From a phage, in the sequence record PZ386976.1: a stretch of DNA of 64,000 nt; one strand, written 5' to 3'. How positions within the stretch are numbered: the stretch's first letter is position 1; the number at the start of each line of letters is the position of its first letter. The position numbers and the translations under genes are program-made. The notes under the pieces were generated by a model that made no database searches, was not told the DNA's origin, and saw only the letters and a list, made by a program, of their open reading frames with translations. Shown piece by piece: positions 57,964 through 64,000 of this stretch.

Positions 57964-60330
57964 ATGCGCATGGTAAACGACCACGCAGAAGTGATTAAGA
58001 GTTCAACTTCTTTGGAGACATCTCAAGCACAGATTACAATGACACCTGAAATGTTCAGCCTTTTAAGTTCAGGTGTATACACATTTAAAGAAAGGGCAGT
58101 GATTCGTGAACTGTCATGTAACGCAGTAGATGCTCAAAAAGAAGCTGGAAAAGAGAACATCCCATTCCATGTGCATTTACCTACTCGATTTGAGCCTTAC
58201 TTTGAAGTCCGTGACTTTGGAACTGGTTTAACCCATGACAAAGTAATGAGTTTGTATCTGAACTATGGGGCTTCTACGAAGAATGACTCCAATGATTACA
58301 TTGGTGCAATGGGTATCGGCTCAAAATCCCCATTTGCAATTGCTCAGTCATTCACAGTATCTAGCTATGTTGATGGTGTTGTTAATAAGTACTCTGTTTA
58401 CCTTGAGAATGGTATCCCTCAAGTAACTAAGCTTACTACCAACCCAACAAATGAACCCAATGGTTTAGCTGTACGTGTAGCAGTTGCTGACCATCGTATT
58501 TCAAAGTTCTTTGAAGAGGCTGGTCACGTATACTCATACTTTGCTGTAAAACCAGAAAGTAACGTTGTATATGATGATGTATTAGCAGATATGAATGTCA
58601 TTGCCCGTGAAGAGGGTGTTTATGATGCTATGATTCATAAGCAAAGCTGGCGTTCTAGTGGCAACAGGACAGAGTTTAATGTGGTGATGGGTAATATTGC
58701 CTACCCAGTGAACATGGAAGCATTACTTGGTGATGATTTCTTCAAAGTCTTGCCAGAGTTTTTCCGTAGGAGCGTAGACCTTGTAAACATCTACATGCCT
58801 ATTGGTTCAGTGGCTATTGCAGCTTCTCGTGAAGCATTGCAGATGAATGACACGACAAAAAATGTTATCATTGAGGCTACTAAAAAGATAACTGAAGCCA
58901 TTACAAAGGATGTTATCAAGAAAGTTAACAGCCAACCTACACTCATGGATGCTGCACAGGCTTATGCTGAGTTACGTTTGAACTCACGAGAGATGTTTAA
59001 TGCTGTGTGTCCAAAGCTAGAGTGGGGAGGCGTTAAGCTTGATTCTCTGGAAGAAGAATTACTAAACATTCGTCGTGGGATTATCTACGCAGAAGACGGC
59101 TCAGTCATTTATGAACGTGACGGTAAAGGTAATATCAAGGTTGATAGGAACGGGAACAATATCCCTAAAGTGGATTATCTTTATAATCCAGTTGCTTATG
59201 TCAAGTTCAACTCTTTAGAGAGTAAGATTCGTGCAACAGCACTTTCCTACACTCAAGAGGCAAGTATGTTCAATATCTTTGGTGCAATGCGTAAAAGCCA
59301 AATTGAACAGTTTTTGTTCGTGATTAATGACCGTCGTAATAAAAATGGCACTGAGAAGACTGTAGGCCGCAATCAGATTCTGCGTGGTGCATGTCGAGAC
59401 TACGCTAACGAGTCAAGCCTGTTCCACAGATACAATGGTATTGTGTTTGTATTCTCGACTGAAAAAGAGTTAGATGATTTAATCAATCTGCATAAACTTG
59501 ATAAAAGTTTGTTAAAGATTGTGAAGATGTCTGATAAGGAACACCATTATCAGCGTAAAGAAGCTGTGAGGGGTGTTGTAAAACTCTGGAAAGCTGTTCC
59601 ATCAGAAACTAAAGCTTCATACACAGAGGTGTCAGAAGACCTAGATACAATTGAAGAACCCCAGCTTTATATCAAGGCAGTAGGCGACACAGTTGATGGT
59701 GAATGTTTTTGCTCATCCCCAGAAGATGTAGCTAAAACAATTGCTAATGTTATAGGAAAAACAGTCTATGTTTTCCGAAAAGCAAATTGGAAAAAGATAC
59801 CAGAAGACTGGATTGAAGTAGATGAGAAGCTATTGAATGACAGCTTAACTGATGTTCACTGGATTAATCATAACAGGTATATGACACGTATCTATATGAA
59901 TGGTGTCCTTGACCTTACAAGTAGTTGGATTATTGCCAGAAACTTTACGTTTAATAACAAGAAGATTTCTCGCGGGTATTGCTATTCACGAGATACAAAC
60001 AAAACCATCTTCTTAGAAGGTAATGAGAATGCTGTTGAGGCAATGTTTGGTAAGATTCAGTATGTGGCTGCACCGTTTGCATACACTTACACTATCAGTG
60101 TTCTTCAGGATTTGAAGTCATGCCTTGACAATGATACAAAACTGTACAAAAAGATTAAGAAAGCGGGTGACCGCATGGTTATCAAACTGACAAACTACCT
60201 TTCAAAAAGAAAACAAGAAAACTTCTTGCTTTCCCATTTAGATTGGAATAAAGTGTCACCCATCGAAGTGAGTAAGTTCTTAGGCTTTGATGTGAAGTGT
60301 GTTCCAGAAGGGACTACAATTTACGATTAA
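57964..60330 (+). CDS. rIIA: rIIA-like protein (GHKL ATPase domain)
   Basis: N-terminal GHKL-type boxes (ELSCNAVDA, VRDFGTGL, GAMGIGSKS); 788 aa; followed by rIIB-sized gene. Confidence 0.5.
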   Translation: MRMVNDHAEVIKSSTSLETSQAQITMTPEMFSLLSSGVYTFKERAVIRELSCNAVDAQKEAGKENIPFHVHLPTRFEPYFEVRDFGTGLTHDKVMSLYLNYGASTKNDSNDYIGAMGIGSKSPFAIAQSFTVSSYVDGVVNKYSVYLENGIPQVTKLTTNPTNEPNGLAVRVAVADHRISKFFEEAGHVYSYFAVKPESNVVYDDVLADMNVIAREEGVYDAMIHKQSWRSSGNRTEFNVVMGNIAYPVNMEALLGDDFFKVLPEFFRRSVDLVNIYMPIGSVAIAASREALQMNDTTKNVIIEATKKITEAITKDVIKKVNSQPTLMDAAQAYAELRLNSREMFNAVCPKLEWGGVKLDSLEEELLNIRRGIIYAEDGSVIYERDGKGNIKVDRNGNNIPKVDYLYNPVAYVKFNSLESKIRATALSYTQEASMFNIFGAMRKSQIEQFLFVINDRRNKNGTEKTVGRNQILRGACRDYANESSLFHRYNGIVFVFSTEKELDDLINLHKLDKSLLKIVKMSDKEHHYQRKEAVRGVVKLWKAVPSETKASYTEVSEDLDTIEEPQLYIKAVGDTVDGECFCSSPEDVAKTIANVIGKTVYVFRKANWKKIPEDWIEVDEKLLNDSLTDVHWINHNRYMTRIYMNGVLDLTSSWIIARNFTFNNKKISRGYCYSRDTNKTIFLEGNENAVEAMFGKIQYVAAPFAYTYTISVLQDLKSCLDNDTKLYKKIKKAGDRMVIKLTNYLSKRKQENFLLSHLDWNKVSPIEVSKFLGFDVKCVPEGTTIYD

Positions 60331-60335
60331 AGTGT

Positions 60336-60365
60336 TTGACAAGGGGCTTTGAAGCCCCTTAGAAT
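60336..60365 (+). promoter_or_regulatory. sigma70-like promoter (TTGACA-18-TAGAAT) with palindrome in spacer
   Basis: TTGACA 60336-60341; spacer aggggctttgaagcccct is a perfect 8-bp inverted repeat; TAGAAT 60360-60365. Confidence 0.45.
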
Positions 60366-60409
60366 AGCCTTACAAAATGATTTATTAACTAACAAGAGAG
60401 AGTAATAAG

Positions 60410-61519
60410 ATGACTATTAAAACTAAAGCACAGATTGACGCAGAAATTTACAAACTGGTTAAAGAGGGTAAGCTGACTAAAACAGCTATTGCACAGAAAT
60501 TTAACACCTCAACCCGTTCAGTCGGTCGTGCTGTAGAGCGTCATGAAGCAACCTTAAAAGGTAAGAAAAAGGTAGCTTCTAAACCAGCTACGAAGACTTT
60601 GAAGCAAGTTGCTAAATCAGTTAAAAAGAAAGCTGGAAAACCAGTTGAAAATGTTGTTAAAGAGACTGTACAAAAGGCTCCGGTAAATAAACTACACGAA
60701 GCTATGCAGAATGGTAACCAGATTGAGTATATGATTACTGGCGATTCTGTTATCATGACTTTCGGTGCAGATTCTGAAATCGTTGAATCTACCCATCCGA
60801 ACTACAAAGAAATCGTAATGGCTGTTGTATCCGGTGAGTATAAGAAAGCTTTCGAACTGATGAACATTCGTAAATCTATCGAAAACTTCACTCAGGGTGC
60901 TATCACCATCAAAGGTGACAAGTTATTCTACGGTGCTGTTGAGATGCGTTCTACTCTGGTTGACCGTATTCTTCACATGATGAAGACTGGAGATAAAGGT
61001 TTTGAACGCCTTGTGATGTTCTTCGAAAAACTGATGGAAAACCCATCTAAAGACTCTGTAGAACAACTTTGGGGCTTTGTATCTCACCTTGATGTTGAAA
61101 TTGATGAAGAAGGCTACATCATTGGTTGGAAGAAAGTCTCTACTCGTGAAGGCAAGCTGGTTGACTCCCACACCTACAAAGTACCTAATGATTTGGGTAA
61201 CATTGTAGAAATGCCACGTTGGATGGTTGATAACAACCGTAACGTGACTTGCTCTCAAGGTCTTCATGTTGGTGCTTGGGACTATGTTCGTTGCTTCTCA
61301 GGTGATACAATCCTGAAGGTTCGTGTCCATCCACGAGATGTTGTATCTGTTCCAACTGATTACAACGATATGAAGATGCGTTCGTCTCGTTATGAAGTTG
61401 CAGCAATCGTTGATAATCAACGTAAAGTGCTGAAAGCATGGGATGGCAAGACTGAAGCTTTGCATGTCATCGTTGGCACTGCTGGAGAACTTATCTCCCA
61501 ACGTAAACGTGAAATCTAA
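60410..61519 (+). CDS. rIIB: rIIB-like protein (putative)
   Basis: 369 aa directly downstream of rIIA-like gene; adjacency-based. Confidence 0.4.
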   Translation: MTIKTKAQIDAEIYKLVKEGKLTKTAIAQKFNTSTRSVGRAVERHEATLKGKKKVASKPATKTLKQVAKSVKKKAGKPVENVVKETVQKAPVNKLHEAMQNGNQIEYMITGDSVIMTFGADSEIVESTHPNYKEIVMAVVSGEYKKAFELMNIRKSIENFTQGAITIKGDKLFYGAVEMRSTLVDRILHMMKTGDKGFERLVMFFEKLMENPSKDSVEQLWGFVSHLDVEIDEEGYIIGWKKVSTREGKLVDSHTYKVPNDLGNIVEMPRWMVDNNRNVTCSQGLHVGAWDYVRCFSGDTILKVRVHPRDVVSVPTDYNDMKMRSSRYEVAAIVDNQRKVLKAWDGKTEALHVIVGTAGELISQRKREI

Positions 61520-61536
61520 TAAGTAATTTCTTAAAA

Positions 61537-61559
61537 GGCTGCTTCGGCGGCCTTTTTTT
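61537..61559 (+). terminator. rho-independent terminator
   Basis: ggctgc-ttcg-gcggcc (one G-U) then TTTTTTT. Confidence 0.55.
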
Positions 61560-61561
61560 AT

Positions 61562-61589
61562 TTGTATTTTGTGCAGAGTGCTGTATAAT
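61562..61589 (+). promoter_or_regulatory. sigma70-like promoter (TTGTAT-16-TATAAT, TG-adjacent -10)
   Basis: TTGTAT 61562-61567, 16 nt spacer, TG then TATAAT 61584-61589; ~30 nt upstream of 61621. Confidence 0.45.
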
Positions 61590-61620
61590 TGTTGTCACGA
61601 TAAACTAAACAGGAGAACCA

Positions 61621-62169
61621 ATGAAGAAATTGATTCTAGGTTTGTGCTTAATGTTTACAGCACACTTATCTTATGCAGTTGACTGCCCAGAGCTATCAAT
61701 TAGCCAAAAAGTAAACATGTTAAAAGCTTACCAGTATGGTGAGAATAACATGGGTAAAGGTTGGGGTATCACTCTAGCTGCTATAGCCTTACAAGAGTCA
61801 GAGTTAGGCCTGAATGTAGAGAATAAAAAGACACATGATTATGGTATCTTCCAGAATCACTTGAAGACTGTTGTAAAGCGTAACAAAATCAGTCCTAATG
61901 TGGCTAAAAAGAAACTCTTAAAAGACTTTGACTATGCTGCGAAGGAAACGCACAAAGAGCTTGAGTTTTGGACAAAGGTGCATGGTCAGCCAAAGTCAAA
62001 GAAGACTTTACAAAAAGTTTTAGCATCTTATAATGCTGGGTATTCGTACAAAATCCCTAAAGCTAAGAAATATTCTCAAGATGTCTATAACAACATGAAA
62101 GCGATTGCTCAATGTGAATTTGCAACAAACATTTCTAAGGTAAATCATGAAAAAATTAAGAAAGTCTGA
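61621..62169 (+). CDS. lytic transglycosylase (SLT domain) with signal peptide; likely endolysin
   Basis: signal peptide MKKLILGLCLMFTAHLSYA; SLT-like catalytic region AIALQESELG and GIFQ. Confidence 0.6.
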   Translation: MKKLILGLCLMFTAHLSYAVDCPELSISQKVNMLKAYQYGENNMGKGWGITLAAIALQESELGLNVENKKTHDYGIFQNHLKTVVKRNKISPNVAKKKLLKDFDYAAKETHKELEFWTKVHGQPKSKKTLQKVLASYNAGYSYKIPKAKKYSQDVYNNMKAIAQCEFATNISKVNHEKIKKV

Positions 62170-62842
62170 TGAAGTATTGTGCCATGCTTATGACTTACAT
62201 CCTCATGAGTTAGGTCTTGATTCCTGTGTATGGACTCCAGAACAGTGCAGGGATTTTGAAGACACAGCAAGAGAAGTTGTATGTTCACTTGAAGAGTTCC
62301 ACACAACAGAGCCAATTGTGAATGTTGTAGATAAAGAGACTGGACAAGCTATAGGTGTAAGTCGTGACAGCTTATTCATAGTCAATAAAGACCTTGTAGA
62401 AAAAGGTAACCTCATCTTAGCAGATATTGATGGTGTTCTTACAAATTTTAATCACGAAGATTGTTCAACGGAATTGACTGATGGTTCATTTTCACAGTAC
62501 ACTAATCTTCTTGACTCTGTAAGAGCAAAACCAACGTATGTTTTCAATATCATTGATGCAATTGCTAATCATGCTGCCGTTGGACTCTTGACAGCGAGAG
62601 GCGAATCTCAGAGAATACCTACTGAGATGTTTTTAAGGCATAACACAGAGCATGATTATATGCTTTTTATGCGTGGTTTTGGAACTAACTCTATAAGTGC
62701 AGAAAGTTTGAAAGTGAGGATGATTCAGTCTTGCATTCTGCCTTACTTTAATATAGTATGTTTTATAGAAGATACAGAGAAGAATGTGCAGAAGGTGAAC
62801 AGAATCCTTCCACACATCAAAACCATGTTAGTTAAACATTGA
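62147..62842 (+). CDS. hypothetical protein, possible HAD-like phosphatase
   Basis: DIDGVLT resembles HAD motif I (DxDG[TV]L); other HAD motifs not confirmed. Confidence 0.3.
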   Translation: MKKLRKSDEVLCHAYDLHPHELGLDSCVWTPEQCRDFEDTAREVVCSLEEFHTTEPIVNVVDKETGQAIGVSRDSLFIVNKDLVEKGNLILADIDGVLTNFNHEDCSTELTDGSFSQYTNLLDSVRAKPTYVFNIIDAIANHAAVGLLTARGESQRIPTEMFLRHNTEHDYMLFMRGFGTNSISAESLKVRMIQSCILPYFNIVCFIEDTEKNVQKVNRILPHIKTMLVKH

Positions 62843-62852
62843 GAGAAAACTT

Positions 62853-63317
62853 ATGAACAATATCATTACGGTAGCACTGGACGTTACGGCAAACAAATCT
62901 GAAGTAGTTCGTAACATTATCAAGAGCAACTTTGAGGGTAAAATCTTCCGTGCTGTCAATGTAAAAGCAGACGGCAACATCCGAGAGTATCGTGCTCTTT
63001 TGAATGTTAAGAAACACGTCAAAGGTTCTGGTTCAACGACTGCACACAAAGAAAACCTGATGACTATCTATGATATGGGGATGGCCTCAGAATTAGGTGC
63101 TGAAGGTATCGTTAAAGAAGGTGCTCCGTACCGCTCTTTCAATCTGGAAACTGCTCTTATGCTTTCCTTTACAAGTGGTTCTAAAACAACTACTTATCTC
63201 TTTACTGATGCTGCAACGGTATCTGCTATCAAGGATGGCACTGTCAAAGCTGGCGTAGTTGCTGCTGCAAAAGCTTCTTCGATGGCTGCGAATATCCTTG
63301 CTAAAGTCCTCAGTTAA
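62853..63317 (+). CDS. hypothetical protein
   Basis: 154 aa. Confidence 0.3.
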   Translation: MNNIITVALDVTANKSEVVRNIIKSNFEGKIFRAVNVKADGNIREYRALLNVKKHVKGSGSTTAHKENLMTIYDMGMASELGAEGIVKEGAPYRSFNLETALMLSFTSGSKTTTYLFTDAATVSAIKDGTVKAGVVAAAKASSMAANILAKVLS

Positions 63318-63329
63318 GGTTAAGATACA

Positions 63330-63350
63330 GGCTCCTTCGGGAGCCTTTTT
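63330..63350 (+). terminator. rho-independent terminator
   Basis: ggctcc-ttcg-ggagcc then TTTTT. Confidence 0.6.
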
Positions 63351-63369
63351 CATTTCAGGAGGTTGTTAA

Positions 63370-63717
63370 ATGACATTTAAAGAGTTCTGTCAAGCTACTT
63401 TCATAATTGTTTTCTTAGTTGGGGCAGGTGTCTGGGGAGGATACTCTTACAGAGACTACCAAGTTGCTGAAACTGAGCTAAACAATCAAAAGCTCATAAG
63501 TGTTGCTAAAGATGCTTATCAGGAAGGATTAGTTACACTGAGCACCAATTACAAAAATGATTTGAAAGATGTGCTTGCTAAGAATAAGCACACAAAAGAG
63601 GTACTAACATATGAAAAAACTAAGCCAGAGTTTTATAATGTTTGTGTTACTGATAATTATGTCAGGGTGTTCAACGAACAAAGTGAACAGTACATTCAAA
63701 AACTCCCAAGTAAGTGA
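63370..63717 (+). CDS. i-spanin (Rz-like) candidate
   Basis: N-terminal TM (FIIVFLVGAGVWGGY) then helical periplasmic domain; 3' end overlapped out of frame by lipoprotein ORF. Confidence 0.45.
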   Translation: MTFKEFCQATFIIVFLVGAGVWGGYSYRDYQVAETELNNQKLISVAKDAYQEGLVTLSTNYKNDLKDVLAKNKHTKEVLTYEKTKPEFYNVCVTDNYVRVFNEQSEQYIQKLPSK

Positions 63718-63880
63718 GAGTGATAAGTACACTCAAGAAGAATCACGGTATATCATCAAAGGCAACACAGGCAGTGATGTAGCAGCAGCACTTGAGTTCT
63801 ACCGTGACGGCTTTTACCAGTGTACAATTAAAGCTAATAACCTTATTGACATGATTTTATTAGGGAATAAGCAGCAATGA
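63611..63880 (+). CDS. o-spanin (Rz1-like) lipoprotein candidate
   Basis: signal peptide with lipobox-like IIMSGC; 89 aa; starts inside the 3' end of 63370..63717 in another frame. Confidence 0.5.
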   Translation: MKKLSQSFIMFVLLIIMSGCSTNKVNSTFKNSQVSESDKYTQEESRYIIKGNTGSDVAAALEFYRDGFYQCTIKANNLIDMILLGNKQQ

Positions 63881-63999
63881 CAGAGAATCAAGACACTTTC
63901 TATGTAGAAGGTTACTTACTGTTGCCACGACCAAAAGAAACTTATATGCGAATTGATTTCTTACCAACCATTATGGATAATGTGATGTACCATATCTTT
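63877..63999 (+). CDS. hypothetical protein (3'-partial at window end)
   Basis: ATG overlapping o-spanin stop (ATGA); open to window end. Confidence 0.3.
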   Translation, partial: MTENQDTFYVEGYLLLPRPKETYMRIDFLPTIMDNVMYHIF

Positions 64000-64000
64000 A

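Noticed and set aside
60342-60359. GC hairpin between rIIA-like and rIIB-like genes considered as a terminator
   Set aside because: No downstream T-run; it sits exactly in the 18-nt spacer between TTGACA and TAGAAT, so promoter-embedded palindrome is the better reading.

Overview
This window reads as a contiguous stretch of a tailed dsDNA phage genome, AT-rich, with no integrase seen. It falls into three blocks. (1) 1-23.5 kb, plus strand: DNA packaging, head and contractile-tail morphogenesis (terminase large subunit, portal, prohead protease/scaffold, major capsid, sheath/tube candidates, chaperone pair with a -1 frameshift site, tape measure, baseplate, two His-box tail fibres). (2) 23.5-34.9 kb, minus strand: thymidylate synthase, DHFR, ATP-dependent DNA ligase, a family A DNA polymerase interrupted by a group I intron carrying an endonuclease VII-like gene, many small proteins, and two arrays of repeated hairpin elements bracketing a two-gene cassette. 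(3) 35.1-64 kb, plus strand: dNMP kinase, primase-helicase, SSB-like protein, 5'-3' exonuclease, free-standing homing endonucleases, aerobic (nrdA/nrdB/glutaredoxin) and anaerobic (nrdD/nrdG) ribonucleotide reductases with nrdD split by a group I intron carrying an HNH gene, a Prs-like + NAMPT-like pair (candidate NAD+ reconstitution module), rIIA/rIIB-like genes, and a lysis cassette (SLT transglycosylase, overlapped spanins). Sigma70-like promoters and many rho-independent terminators are visible. Gene content resembles Felix O1-like myoviruses from memory; this is unverified. All calls rest on motif recognition by eye in the supplied ORF translations; no searches or folding were run.
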